Shown piece after piece: positions 50,951 to 60,921 of a DNA stretch of 64,000 nt. Made by a program: the position numbers and the translations under genes. The stretch's first letter is position 1; each line of letters begins with the position of its first letter. This DNA comes from an uncultured Gammaproteobacteria bacterium. Its GTDB lineage: Bacteria; Patescibacteriota; Microgenomatia; 0-14-0-10-38-17. The notes beneath the pieces are model-generated. The model had not been told where the DNA came from and ran no database searches. It saw nothing but the letters and a program-made list of their open reading frames with translations. The DNA is taken from NCBI GenBank assembly GCA_964348895.1, contig CAYGEH010000001.1, positions 182,610 to 246,609 of the forward strand, given 5' to 3'.

Positions 50951-52021
50951 TCAAACTGTTTTTTTTAAAGAAATTAAATTCGTTTGATAATCTAGAAAGG
51001 TTTCTTCTTGAGCTAGGGTTGCCAGTGTTTGTCGGTCAATAAAATTGGTCATCACCATTTGTCTGTGCTCTTGATCAAGTTCAGAAAAAATATCGTCTAA
51101 TAATAATATCGGTCTCTTTTGGGTTATTCGTTCCAAGAATTTTAATTGTCCTAACCTTAACCATAAAACGCTCAGGCGCTGTTCTCCTCGGCTACCAAAA
51201 ATGGTCAAGTCTCGATTGCCAGCTAAAATAAGAAAATTGTCCCGATGAGGACCAGACAGAGTTTTCCCAGCAGCAATTTCAATTAATTGCTGTTTAGCCA
51301 ATTTCTGCGAAGAAAGAACGCTTGGTTGATAAAGAACTCGATAATCATCTTCCGATTCCTGATTGTTAATAAAATCAATTAATCTCTCTCTTTTTTTGCT
51401 GATTTTTTGACCATTTTCCAAAAGTAGACAATCCCAAAAAAACAGTGCTTTTGGCGTGGTTTGTCCATTTCTAATTTGCTCTAAAACTCGATTCCGAGAG
51501 CGAAGACCTTTTTGATAAGAAAGATTGGCTCGATAATATTCTGAGTCTGCTTGTTCTAAGACATCGTCTAAAAATCTCCTTCTAAAAGAAGGCGAGTCAG
51601 TAATAATATCTAGGTCTTGAGGGGAAAAAAGAACGGTTAATAGGTTGCCAACAAACTTGTTTCGTGGTCTTTTGAGACCGTTTATCGAAAACTGTCTCAG
51701 GGGAGTTTTCTGACCATTAACTTCTCCTCGAGAAAGAACTGAAGCGATTTTGATCTGATCGCTATTTTCAATCACTGCCCCCTCAATGTGGGCCACTGGC
51801 GATTGATTGTTAATCATTTGACTAATTTTGCTAGCCCGAAAGCTTCTCCCCGTAGAAAGCAAATAAATTGCCTCTAAAAGATTGGTTTTTCCCGAAGCAT
51901 TTGGTCCCAAGATTAAATTGATTCCTTCAGAAAATTTAAACCGAGCCTGATCGTAATTGCGAAAATTAGTTAAAAATAATTCTTTTAAAAACATTATTAA
52001 AAATTTAATTTTCCAAAACAA
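50951..52021 (-). CDS. recF: DNA replication and repair protein RecF
   Basis: Walker A GPNASGKTNLLEAI, signature/Walker B LLLDDIFSELD; 356 aa. Confidence 0.85.
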   Translation of the reverse strand: MFWKIKFLIMFLKELFLTNFRNYDQARFKFSEGINLILGPNASGKTNLLEAIYLLSTGRSFRASKISQMINNQSPVAHIEGAVIENSDQIKIASVLSRGEVNGQKTPLRQFSINGLKRPRNKFVGNLLTVLFSPQDLDIITDSPSFRRRFLDDVLEQADSEYYRANLSYQKGLRSRNRVLEQIRNGQTTPKALFFWDCLLLENGQKISKKRERLIDFINNQESEDDYRVLYQPSVLSSQKLAKQQLIEIAAGKTLSGPHRDNFLILAGNRDLTIFGSRGEQRLSVLWLRLGQLKFLERITQKRPILLLDDIFSELDQEHRQMVMTNFIDRQTLATLAQEETFLDYQTNLISLKKTV

Positions 52022-52155
52022 AGTCTTTTTGTTTTTATAGCGATAAAGTTATTATTCTTAATCCTGTTTGTTAACAATCAATCTCTTTAAATTACTTCAA
52101 TCTATTGACGGCTTTTAAAAAAGAGTCATGTTTTAAAAAATATATTTTTGTTGTT

Positions 52156-53007
52156 TTATTCTTGACACTTGGAACAAAAAAAAGTTCCTCGTCCTGCCTG
52201 AATAATTTTTTTTATTTTTTTCGAACAATTGAAGCACTCTTTTCCTTCCCGTTGATAGACTTTAAGAAAGTTTTGATATCGACCGAGAGAGGCATCAGGC
52301 CTAAGGTATGCTTTGTCAGCCGCACTAGTCCCACCATGCTTAATTGCCTCAAGTAGAACTTCTCTAATTACCTGATAAAGCTTCTCTGTTTCCCGATTCG
52401 ACAGCAAATTAGCTTGTCGTCGAGGGTTAAGGCCAACTTTAAATAAAATCTCATTAGCATAAATATTGCCAATTCCGGCAATTTTTGTCTGATCCATTAA
52501 AACAATTTTTATTTCTCGACTAGTTTTAGCTAAAACATCTTTAAGTTGATTTATTTTAAAGTCTTTTCTCAACGGCTCTGGCCCCAAAATCGAGAACTCT
52601 CGCTTGGCTTCCGATTTGGTCAAAATTTTCAGCCAACCAAATTTTCTTAAATCATTAAAGAAGATTCGCGAGCCATCGTCTAGTTGAATAATTACTCTAG
52701 TTGCCTTGTTGGGTAATTGATTAGGCGAAAACGGAAGGGGATGACCAAGGCCAATTGGTTTTTTCTTCTTAGACAAATAGATAATTTGACCGGTCATTTT
52801 AAGATGAATTAACAGACTAAGAGAGTCAAGCCCTATAATTAGCACTTTAGCTCGGCGACTAATTTCTTTTATCTTTTGACCAATAATTGCTTCTGGCGAC
52901 CCAAAAAACTGTTTTTTCTCCAAAACTTCAATTTGATTAATCCGACAACCAAGAACCACTTTTTTTAGTTGTCGCTTAACTGTTTCTACCTCTGGTAATT
53001 CGGGCAT
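52156..53007 (-). CDS. mutM: Formamidopyrimidine-DNA glycosylase
   Basis: N-terminal MPELPEVE, H2TH domain, C-terminal zinc finger CxxC...CxxC; 283 aa. Confidence 0.85.
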   Translation of the reverse strand: MPELPEVETVKRQLKKVVLGCRINQIEVLEKKQFFGSPEAIIGQKIKEISRRAKVLIIGLDSLSLLIHLKMTGQIIYLSKKKKPIGLGHPLPFSPNQLPNKATRVIIQLDDGSRIFFNDLRKFGWLKILTKSEAKREFSILGPEPLRKDFKINQLKDVLAKTSREIKIVLMDQTKIAGIGNIYANEILFKVGLNPRRQANLLSNRETEKLYQVIREVLLEAIKHGGTSAADKAYLRPDASLGRYQNFLKVYQREGKECFNCSKKIKKIIQAGRGTFFCSKCQE

Positions 53008-53070
53008 TTTAATAAATAAAAATCTTAATAAGCTAGGATTATTTTGGCCTTGAAGTTAGAGTTTATTTAA

Positions 53071-54207
53071 CTAGGCTTGTTGTTTTTTTAAAGAGTTTAT
53101 TTTTAAAATAAACTCTTTAATCTCTTCCTTAAATCTTTCTTCGCTAAAGCTTCTTGCCCAAACCTGAAGAGTTTCCTTGTTCCAGTTTATTTTCTTGAAT
53201 TGTTCCAAAGCTTTATTGATAGCAGAAACCTCGGTGCTATTAATTAAAATACCCGTTTCCCCATTTTTGACTGATTCCCGAAAACCACCACCATTAAAAG
53301 CAATCACTGGTGTTCCAGCCGCTTGAGCCTCAACTACAGTAATTCCAAAATCCTCGTCCTGAGCTAAAGCCAAGAACCCCTTAGCTTCAGCATAAAGAAT
53401 GGCTAATTCATCATCGTTAACTCGCCCTAAAAACTCAACTATACCCTCTCCAAGTTTTTCTAGTCTTTCTCTTATTGTTTCGTACCCAGCGGTACCGCCA
53501 ACAATTTTTAGGGGCAACTTCAGTTCTTTGGCGGCAATAATTGCCTCCTCTAGTCCCTTTGCCCCCACCAGACGAGACACAATTAAAAAATACTCTTTTT
53601 TCCGCTTAATTTCGTTACTGGTAGCAACAAATTTTCTTACTAGCACTGGAGGATAAATAACCTTAGAATTAACCCGATAAAATTTTTTTACTCTTTGAGC
53701 AACATTTTTAGAATTTACTAGCCAATAGTCAACTTTTTTGGCTGAATAAAAATCAAATTTTCGCAAAAAATGGTTAATCACTAAGGCATAGAGCCTAACT
53801 AGACGATACTTTCTCCAATCACGACTAGTTTGATAGCCATACAGAAACCGTGGCGGAGTGTGACAATACGCCACCACCTTGGTTTGGTTACCAGTTTTAA
53901 ATCCTCGAGCAAAATAACCAGAACAAGAAGTAATTACCAAATCATAGTCGGACAAATCACAGCTTTGCCAAACCAGAGGAGCTAAAAACCTTAACGGACT
54001 ATAGAGATTTCTTCTTTTAATTAACCAGGCCCAACGACTTTCAATAATCTTTCGATCAGCAAAAGCCTTAGCCGCAATAGACTTTCGATCAGCAAAGGCA
54101 GTATAAATTGGCGCCTGAGGAAAAATGTCCGATAAAGAACGCAAAACTCTTTCCGCTCCACCAAATTCTTTTAAATAATCGTGAACTAAGGCAATTTTTT
54201 TTGTCAT
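53071..54207 (-). CDS. GT4-family glycosyltransferase (GT-B fold)
   Basis: EDFGITVVEAQAAGTPVIA (E-x7-E-like) motif; 378 aa. Confidence 0.7.
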   Translation of the reverse strand: MTKKIALVHDYLKEFGGAERVLRSLSDIFPQAPIYTAFADRKSIAAKAFADRKIIESRWAWLIKRRNLYSPLRFLAPLVWQSCDLSDYDLVITSCSGYFARGFKTGNQTKVVAYCHTPPRFLYGYQTSRDWRKYRLVRLYALVINHFLRKFDFYSAKKVDYWLVNSKNVAQRVKKFYRVNSKVIYPPVLVRKFVATSNEIKRKKEYFLIVSRLVGAKGLEEAIIAAKELKLPLKIVGGTAGYETIRERLEKLGEGIVEFLGRVNDDELAILYAEAKGFLALAQDEDFGITVVEAQAAGTPVIAFNGGGFRESVKNGETGILINSTEVSAINKALEQFKKINWNKETLQVWARSFSEERFKEEIKEFILKINSLKKQQA

Positions 54208-55139
54208 TTGTTCTTAAAAAGGTCCATTTGCCCCGAAGGAGCCTTGTTCAGATCCGCCAACAAAGACCTAAACCCTAACAAGGAAAATGTTGACTTTAAT
54301 TTAGAAAAATCAACCCTGTTTGCTTGTAAAGAGTCAAGATTAAAATCAAAAGGAACTTGACAGTTAATTTTAGCTAGTTCGGCTGATAAAAAAACATCGT
54401 TTCGATATTGAACCAACTTTTCCCTGACAGAAAGAGGCTTGACTTGGTCAAGAGAGGCATAAATTGTTGCCAGATTGTCAAATTGATTTAAAAGACTAGC
54501 TCCCGTTTTAGGACCAATTCCTAGAGCTCCCGGATAATTATCGGAACTATCACCGACCAGCCCCTTATAATCCACCACTTGACTAGGCTTAATCCCTAAA
54601 TCCTCTTTCACCTGCCTTGGGCCCATTATTCGCCCCAGCGAAAAGCCATTTTTGGGTAAAAATAAGCTAACCTTATTGCCAACTAATTGTGTTAAATCTT
54701 TATCACCAGTAACAATCAAAACCGGAAATTTGTTTTTAACCTTTTTCGTAACCGTACCAATAAGGTCGTCGGCTTCATAACCAGCTTTTTGACTGGCGGC
54801 AATCCGAGACTGAATCAGTATCTCTCTAGTCAGGTTAATTTGGCTAACTAATTTTTCGTCAGTCTTGGCTCTTTTTGCCTGATAACCAATAAATTTTTCG
54901 TGGCGAAAATTTGGCCCAGGAGCATCTAGGGCGACTAAAAAATATTTCGGAGCAAAATCAGCCCAAAGACGAAGAATCATTTTAAAAAAACCATAAACCG
55001 CTCCTGTTGGCTGTCCCCCAGAAGAAGTCAGAGGTGGTAGGGCGTGAAAGGCTCGATGTAAAACAGCATGACCATCCACAATAATTAACCCGTCATTCAT
55101 AACTCTTAGCCTTTTTCCCCACCACTTTTTCAAACTCAT
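54204..55139 (-). CDS. 5'-3' exonuclease (Pol I N-terminal / FEN-like domain)
   Basis: LIIVDGHAVLHRAFHAL...GFFKM...VALDAPGPNFRHE; H3TH region; 311 aa. Confidence 0.8.
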   Translation of the reverse strand: MSLKKWWGKRLRVMNDGLIIVDGHAVLHRAFHALPPLTSSGGQPTGAVYGFFKMILRLWADFAPKYFLVALDAPGPNFRHEKFIGYQAKRAKTDEKLVSQINLTREILIQSRIAASQKAGYEADDLIGTVTKKVKNKFPVLIVTGDKDLTQLVGNKVSLFLPKNGFSLGRIMGPRQVKEDLGIKPSQVVDYKGLVGDSSDNYPGALGIGPKTGASLLNQFDNLATIYASLDQVKPLSVREKLVQYRNDVFLSAELAKINCQVPFDFNLDSLQANRVDFSKLKSTFSLLGFRSLLADLNKAPSGQMDLFKNK

Positions 55140-56964
55140 TTTGGTCTAGAGTTTCTTTTGTTATTAATTCTTGAACTAGTTTGTCTAGGGTTGGTCTGTT
55201 TTTTTTCAATAACTGTCCAGCCTTCCAATAAGCTTTTTTTATTATTACCTCTATTTCCTCGTCAACTCTGGCTTTCATTTTCGAAGACATCGGATCAATA
55301 AGCGACCAGCTATTTTCATCTTCTTGAACATCCCAAGTAATTGGCCCCAAGGTGCTCATGCCAAAATCAACCACCATGGCCCGAGCCAGCCTGCTAGCCT
55401 TGCCAAGATCGTCCGCGGCTCCAGTAGTCATCTCCCCAAAAACCAGCTCTTCAGCCACTCTTCCTCCCAATAGCACCGATAATCTTTCCATTAGTCTGGT
55501 TTTGGTTTCTTGGGTTCGATCTTGGGTGGGAGAAATCATTGTGTGTCCCAGGGTTAGTCCTCTGGCAACAATTGAAACCCGACCAATTGGGTCAACACTA
55601 GGCAGAAGATGGGCAATTAGAGCGTGTCCTGACTCATGGTAGGCAGCAATCTCTTTTTCTTTTTTAGATTGAAGTCTTTTTCTTTGTGGTCCCAACTTTA
55701 CCTTGGTGGCTGCTTCGTCCAAATCATTCATATCAACCATTTTTTTATTTTCTCGAGCCGCCAAAATTGCCGCTTCATTAAGCATGTTTTCTAGGTCGGC
55801 CCCAGAAAAACCAACTGTTTGTTTTGCCACCGCTTGCCAATCAACTAGGTCAGAAAACGGCTTTCCCTGAGCGTGAATTTTTAAAATTGCTTTTCTCCCT
55901 TCAATGTCGGGTAAATCTAAAACCACTCGTCGGTCAAACCGCCCTGGTCGAAGAAGAGCTTGATCTAATAGGTCGGGCCGATTTGAGGCGCCAATAACAA
56001 CAACGTTATCGTTAGGAGAAAAACCATCCATTTCAACCAGCATCTGGTTTAGGGTTTGCTCTCTTTCGTCATGACCACTACTGGCGGTTCGCGAACGAGA
56101 TCGCCCAATGCTTTCAATTTCATCAATAAAAATTATCGCTGGCGGATTCTTTTTCGCTGTTTCAAATAAGTCACGCATTCTTGCCGAACCAACTCCAACT
56201 AACATCTCCATAAACTCTGATCCTGCCATAGAGTAAAAGGGAACGCCTGCTTCCCCTGCCACCGCCCTGGCTAATAAAGTTTTTCCCGTTCCTGGTGGAC
56301 CAACTAAAAGCACTCCCTTGGGGGTTCTGGCTCCCAAAAGACGATATTTGCCAGGCTGTTTCAAGAAATCAACAACTTCCTCAAGCTCTTTTTTGGCCTC
56401 ATCAACTCCAGCAACATCAGCAAAGGTAGTATTTTGTTTCCCCTTAAAAAACTGCTTTGCTCTTGACTTCCCAAACGAAAAAATAGAATCTTGGGCTCCT
56501 CGAGCCTGTTTAAAAGTATAATAAAAAAAGCCCCCAATCAAAACTAGAGGAAAAATTGTCAAAAGAATATCAAGCCAAATTCGAGACATTGTTTCGTCTT
56601 TCACCATGATTTCAATCTTGGTCGGATCAACCCCCTCTTGTTGCAAAATTGCCACCAAGCTTTCTCCTGATTCCTTTCTGGTTACCATCGAAGTTTCGTC
56701 CTGATAAAAAAGACTAATTTTATCGCCCTCAACTTCTATTCTACTAACTCTTTCGTCTCTAATGTCAGAAAGTGCTTGGGAAAGAGGAATCTCTTCTGGT
56801 GAAACAGCAGTATTGGCTAAAAACCCCAAAAGCCAAAAAACAGAGAAAATAGCTAGGCCCCAAGTTAGGATTTTTTTTAGATTAAGTCTAACTTCAAGTT
56901 TTTTAAAACTCTTTCTGTTTAGCCTTTTAATCCGACCATTGCCAGCCTTGCTTTTTTGTCGCAT
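55093..56964 (-). CDS. ftsH: ATP-dependent zinc metalloprotease FtsH
   Basis: TM anchor, AAA+ GPPGTGKT, SRH, HESGH zinc motif; 623 aa. Confidence 0.9.
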   Translation of the reverse strand: MRQKSKAGNGRIKRLNRKSFKKLEVRLNLKKILTWGLAIFSVFWLLGFLANTAVSPEEIPLSQALSDIRDERVSRIEVEGDKISLFYQDETSMVTRKESGESLVAILQQEGVDPTKIEIMVKDETMSRIWLDILLTIFPLVLIGGFFYYTFKQARGAQDSIFSFGKSRAKQFFKGKQNTTFADVAGVDEAKKELEEVVDFLKQPGKYRLLGARTPKGVLLVGPPGTGKTLLARAVAGEAGVPFYSMAGSEFMEMLVGVGSARMRDLFETAKKNPPAIIFIDEIESIGRSRSRTASSGHDEREQTLNQMLVEMDGFSPNDNVVVIGASNRPDLLDQALLRPGRFDRRVVLDLPDIEGRKAILKIHAQGKPFSDLVDWQAVAKQTVGFSGADLENMLNEAAILAARENKKMVDMNDLDEAATKVKLGPQRKRLQSKKEKEIAAYHESGHALIAHLLPSVDPIGRVSIVARGLTLGHTMISPTQDRTQETKTRLMERLSVLLGGRVAEELVFGEMTTGAADDLGKASRLARAMVVDFGMSTLGPITWDVQEDENSWSLIDPMSSKMKARVDEEIEVIIKKAYWKAGQLLKKNRPTLDKLVQELITKETLDQNEFEKVVGKKAKSYE

Positions 56965-57204
56965 GTCTTTTATTGTATCAAATCAAGCCTTAATAAAGTA
57001 GGGTTTATATTTATTTTTGAAAATTATTGTCTATTTGCTGATGTTTTTTTATCTCTATCACCAATCGTTTTGCTAAGCTAAAAACAAATCGGCTTCTTTT
57101 TTCTTAAACTTGAAAAAAAATACAAAAAAGTTGTTATTTTAATCTCGAGCCTTAGCCCTGCTGATTTTTTCAAAAATAGCGTTTGTGTTATAATATTTTT
57201 TACG

Positions 57205-57274
57205 CGCGGGGTAGTGTACGGTGGCACGTGAGGCTCATAATCTCACAGATCAGGTTCAACTCCTGACCCCGCAA
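57205..57274 (+). tRNA. tRNA with CAT anticodon, probably initiator tRNA-fMet (C1:A72 mismatch)
   Basis: CGCGGGG...CCCCGCA acceptor with a C:A first pair, as in E. coli tRNA-fMet; anticodon loop CTCATAA; T-arm TCAGG-TTCAACT-CCTGA. Preceded by an extended -10 TGTTATAAT. CCA is not encoded. The D-stem and anticodon stem are not fully initiator-like. Confidence 0.55.
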
Positions 57275-57539
57275 CATTAATTGCCAAGTCTTCTAGGGGC
57301 AATCTTTCTTCACTTCGTTTTAGTTTAAATTAAAAAACAAAAAGGCTTTTTGTTTTATTTATTTGGTCTTCGTTTATTTCAAGAGTTTTTCTTTGTTAAA
57401 TTACTTTCTTCTTTGATTCTAGGTCAAGCCAAGGTTAATTAAAGTAATTAAATTTTAAAAAATCCAAAAAAACAATAACAGCTAATAGCCTTAAATTACT
57501 TAAAAATGAAAAGTTTGATAAAATTAAGAGAATTAATTT

Positions 57540-57616
57540 GGCAGGGTAGCTCAGTTGGTTAGAGCAGGCGAATCATAACCGTCAGGCCGTCGGTTCAAAT
57601 CCGACCCCTGCCACCA
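57540..57616 (+). tRNA. tRNA with CAT anticodon (elongator Met or lysidine-modified Ile2), CCA encoded
   Basis: GGCAGGG TA GCTC AGTTGGTTA GAGC A GGCGA ATCATAA CCGTC AGGCC GTCGG TTCAAAT CCGAC CCCTGCC A CCA. Close to the E. coli elongator tRNA-Met / tRNA-Ile2 framework. Confidence 0.8.
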
Positions 57617-57698
57617 AAGAAAACCAGGGAAAACCTCTTTTGCTTAAACTTTCTCCTGACCTAAAAACACTAACCACAAAGAAGCAGGAACAGTTTTT

Positions 57699-58049
57699 TT
57701 ATTTAAAAAATAGACTCCACCATTGTCGCCAGACAGAAGGCTGCTGATCAGTTTCAACCTTGATCTTTTCTTCTGTAAAGAACTCTTCTGGCAAAATTAA
57801 AATTGACTCTTCTTTGGTTAGCCCTAAGCTGTCGCGAGCCTCCCGCTCTAAGAACTCTTCACTTCCAACATAGTCAAGTCTAGCTCTAAGTCGCTGGTTT
57901 TCTTTTTTTAAGTCTTCTAACTCTTGTTGTTCTTTCCTTACCACCAGTCCTCGCCTGACCAAATTAACAGTATTGCTAGATAAAGAAGCGATCGCAAAAA
58001 TTAAAAATAGCAATAATAATAACTTAAGGGCTTTCTTTGTGGTTGACAT
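57699..58049 (-). CDS. FtsB/DivIC-like septum formation initiator
   Basis: TM helix, coiled coil (EQQELEDLKKENQRLRARL), C-terminal EEFLEREARDSLGL motif; 116 aa. Confidence 0.55.
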   Translation of the reverse strand: MSTTKKALKLLLLLFLIFAIASLSSNTVNLVRRGLVVRKEQQELEDLKKENQRLRARLDYVGSEEFLEREARDSLGLTKEESILILPEEFFTEEKIKVETDQQPSVWRQWWSLFFK

Positions 58050-58151
58050 GTTGGCCGATCTGATGTTATTATAAGCTGTAGATAGGCTTATTTTTCTTCG
58101 TTAAAGTCTTTCGCCTGAAAGAGAGAAAAAATAAACCATTGCTATAAAAAA

Positions 58152-59045
58152 ATGACTCAAAATAACAAACTTGTGAACGACAATTTAACTTCACTTAACA
58201 AGGCTTTAGAAAAGTTCCTTGTTCACCTTAAAAATCAAAGTCGCTCCAACAACACCATCATAGCATATCAGAATGACCTTGATCAGTTGATTATTTTTGT
58301 TGGTCAAAAAAATGTTAGCGACATTAGTCAAATAAGCGCCGATCATCTTAAAGATTTCAAAAATTATCTTCTTGAAGAAAAAAAATATACCAGCAAAACT
58401 GTTTCTCGTAAGCTGAATTCAATTAAGTCGTTTTGTCGTTTTTTGCTTGATTCTGGCGTTATCAGCCAAGATCCCTCCAATAGCATCACTCATCCCAAAA
58501 TTAATCAAAAACTACCCCGAATCCTTTCTCCGCTAGAATACCGGGCTCTAAGAGATGTTTGTCGTGATGATCATCGCAGCTATGCCATTATCGAGTTAAT
58601 GCTTCAGGGGGGGTTAAGAATTTCAGAGGTTACTAATTTAGAAATTTCTGATATTCAAGAAGATAAAATTATTATTCGTCCCTACGAATCTCACTCTGAT
58701 CGCGTCATTCCTCTTAACAAAGCAGCCAAAAGAGCCGTTAACGACTACTTAGAAGAAAGACCAAAAACTAGAAAATCAAACGGCTTGTTTATTACTAAAA
58801 ACGGCAATTCCCTCTTGGTTAGAAATATTAGAAACAGTATTAATCGTTACTTTAAAATCGCTGGCATTGAAAATGTCTATGTTAATAATCTTCGTGATAC
58901 TTTTGTGGTTCAACAGCTAAAGGCTGGAGTCCCCCTTAATGTTGTTTCTCAGGTTATCGGCCATAAGCGAGTTTCTTCAACCGAAAAATATTTGGAGTTG
59001 GTTGAAAAGAGAGAAAGTGAAAATATCAAGCTAAAAGAGCTTTAA
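58152..59045 (+). CDS. Tyrosine recombinase, XerC/XerD-like
   Basis: N-terminal SAM-like core-binding domain; catalytic domain with RISEV (Arg I), GHKRVSSTEKY (His/Tyr). The usual HxLRH box is NNLRD here. Confidence 0.7.
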   Translation: MTQNNKLVNDNLTSLNKALEKFLVHLKNQSRSNNTIIAYQNDLDQLIIFVGQKNVSDISQISADHLKDFKNYLLEEKKYTSKTVSRKLNSIKSFCRFLLDSGVISQDPSNSITHPKINQKLPRILSPLEYRALRDVCRDDHRSYAIIELMLQGGLRISEVTNLEISDIQEDKIIIRPYESHSDRVIPLNKAAKRAVNDYLEERPKTRKSNGLFITKNGNSLLVRNIRNSINRYFKIAGIENVYVNNLRDTFVVQQLKAGVPLNVVSQVIGHKRVSSTEKYLELVEKRESENIKLKEL

Positions 59046-59780
59046 CCCTATCGGGCAATGATCAGACCCCATAACCAAAGGTAGGATGAAGGCGTTTTTA
59101 ACTGACTTTATTAAGTCTTGGCTAGCAAAACAGTAATCAATTCGCCAGCCAACATTTCTTTCTCTGGCTCGAGCGTAATAAACCCAAAAAGAATAGTGTC
59201 CTCCTGTCTTTTCAAACAACCTAAAGGTGTCTTTGAAACCCAGCTTTAACAATTGATCAATCTTTTCTCTTTCTTCTGGAGTGAAGCCAGTGTTGTTTGC
59301 ATTATCCTGCGGACGAGCTAAATCAATTTCCTTATGAGCAATATTAAAATCTCCCATTAAAATTATCTTTTTCTTTTCTTTAAGATAAGCAAAAAGCCTG
59401 TCGTAGGCTTCTAATTTATAAGCTAAATCTTGTTTCTGTCGTCCACCGTTAGGTAAATAAAGATTCATTAAAGTGAAGTCCTTAAAAACAAGCTCTATTA
59501 ATCTTCCCTCGTCATCAAATCTTTTTAAGCCCAAAGTTTTATTTATTGAATCAGGCCTAATTTTAGTGTAAACGGCCGTACCGCTATATCCGGCTCGCTT
59601 GGCGGAGTTAAAAATTAACTGATAGCCGGGAATTTTAACTAGGTCTTGGGGAATTTGGTTGCTGTTGGCTTTAACTTCTTGAAGTCCAATAATTTCAGGA
59701 TTAATTTGCTTTAGGTTAGAGAGAAAGTCTTTTTGATAAATAGCGCGAAGGCCATTAACATTCCAAGAAACAATCTTCAT
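59031..59780 (-). CDS. xth: Exodeoxyribonuclease III (AP endonuclease, EEP family)
   Basis: MKIVSWNVNGLRA, QEVK, C-terminal GSDHCP; 249 aa. Confidence 0.85.
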   Translation of the reverse strand: MKIVSWNVNGLRAIYQKDFLSNLKQINPEIIGLQEVKANSNQIPQDLVKIPGYQLIFNSAKRAGYSGTAVYTKIRPDSINKTLGLKRFDDEGRLIELVFKDFTLMNLYLPNGGRQKQDLAYKLEAYDRLFAYLKEKKKIILMGDFNIAHKEIDLARPQDNANNTGFTPEEREKIDQLLKLGFKDTFRLFEKTGGHYSFWVYYARARERNVGWRIDYCFASQDLIKSVKNAFILPLVMGSDHCPIGLKLF

Positions 59781-59904
59781 AAAAATAAAAAATTAAGGGT
59801 ATATTTTATAAATAAATTCAAAAAAACTAGTTTTTTACTTGGTCCTTTTTTTATCACAAACAAAAGAATAATTAGTTTTTATTTTTTTTAAAAACCTAAA
59901 ATTT

Positions 59905-60921
59905 CTATCTGAATAAATCAAATACTTTTCCCCATTGTCCCAAAATAAATCTATTCGTTTTTTCCAAATTTTCTAAAAATATCGTTAATAGGTTTTTCTT
60001 TCTTTTCTCCTGTATTTCTCGATCGGCTCTTGCTCCCAAAACAGCAACTTCGTCATAAAACCTCATTTTAGTATCTTCAATGTCTTCTCCTAAAACTTCT
60101 GGCCAAGCAATCATTTGTTTTTGCATTTCTTCTTCCTCTTGAGAAATTCTTTCCGGTAAAATCAAATAAGAAACTGAGGCTAAATCTTTTAAAACATTGG
60201 TGCCTCTCCCATCATTGGCCAAAACCATTGAGCTTGGCAAAAATTCTACTTTCACTATTCCCGGCTCCTTCCCTCTAAAGAAAACCGTGCCAAATGTACC
60301 CTGATTTGAAAAAAATCCTGGATTGGGCAAACCTCCAGTAAGCCTAACATAGCCAATCTCGTTGTTTATTTCTTTTTGAATGAAAATATTGGCAAATGAT
60401 TCTTCAATTGAAATTTCTACCACTTCTATTTTGTCAGGATCAAAACCCAAGTCTGCCTGAACTGCATTTATCGGCGTCTTAATCCCAGTTATTTCTACGC
60501 TCATCGGAAACAGTTCTCCTAGTCGATACTGCCCTCGAGAAGGAATAATAAAAGAAACAGTTTTGGGGGTTGGGGGAAAACCAAGCTTGAAAAGTAGTTG
60601 ACTCTCCACAAAAACTATGCCCAAAGAAATAAGAGAGAAAACCAGAATTAGCCCTCCATTTAAAATTGCCGAAGAAAGCCCCGCAGGAGATAAGCCCTCG
60701 CTTTTATTGATTTCCCGACGACAAAAGAAGCACCTTCTTCCTTCTTTTCCCGCCCGACATAGGAAACAGGCAGTTTGGGCTGGAGCAAACAGCCACCAAA
60801 TAGGGTAAGCAATCGCCAAAAAAACGCCAAAAATTGCCAAAACATGAATCAAAACCCAAGAGGCAATAAGTAGGGGAATAATAAATAAAAGTAGCTTAAG
60901 GCTTGGTATTTTGGGGTTCAT
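59905..60921 (-). CDS. Membrane-anchored protein with CxxC-x9-CxxC loop and an extracytoplasmic cohesin-like domain
   Basis: Three N-terminal TM helices around CFLCRAGKEGRRCFFCRRE. Residues ~130-250 (FPMSVEITGIKTPINAVQADLGFDPDKIEVVEISIEE...GYVRLTGG...GTFGTVFFRGKEPGIVKVEF...ANDGRGTNVL) match the cohesin beta-sandwich sequence pattern. Confidence 0.5.
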   Translation of the reverse strand: MNPKIPSLKLLLFIIPLLIASWVLIHVLAIFGVFLAIAYPIWWLFAPAQTACFLCRAGKEGRRCFFCRREINKSEGLSPAGLSSAILNGGLILVFSLISLGIVFVESQLLFKLGFPPTPKTVSFIIPSRGQYRLGELFPMSVEITGIKTPINAVQADLGFDPDKIEVVEISIEESFANIFIQKEINNEIGYVRLTGGLPNPGFFSNQGTFGTVFFRGKEPGIVKVEFLPSSMVLANDGRGTNVLKDLASVSYLILPERISQEEEEMQKQMIAWPEVLGEDIEDTKMRFYDEVAVLGARADREIQEKRKKNLLTIFLENLEKTNRFILGQWGKVFDLFR

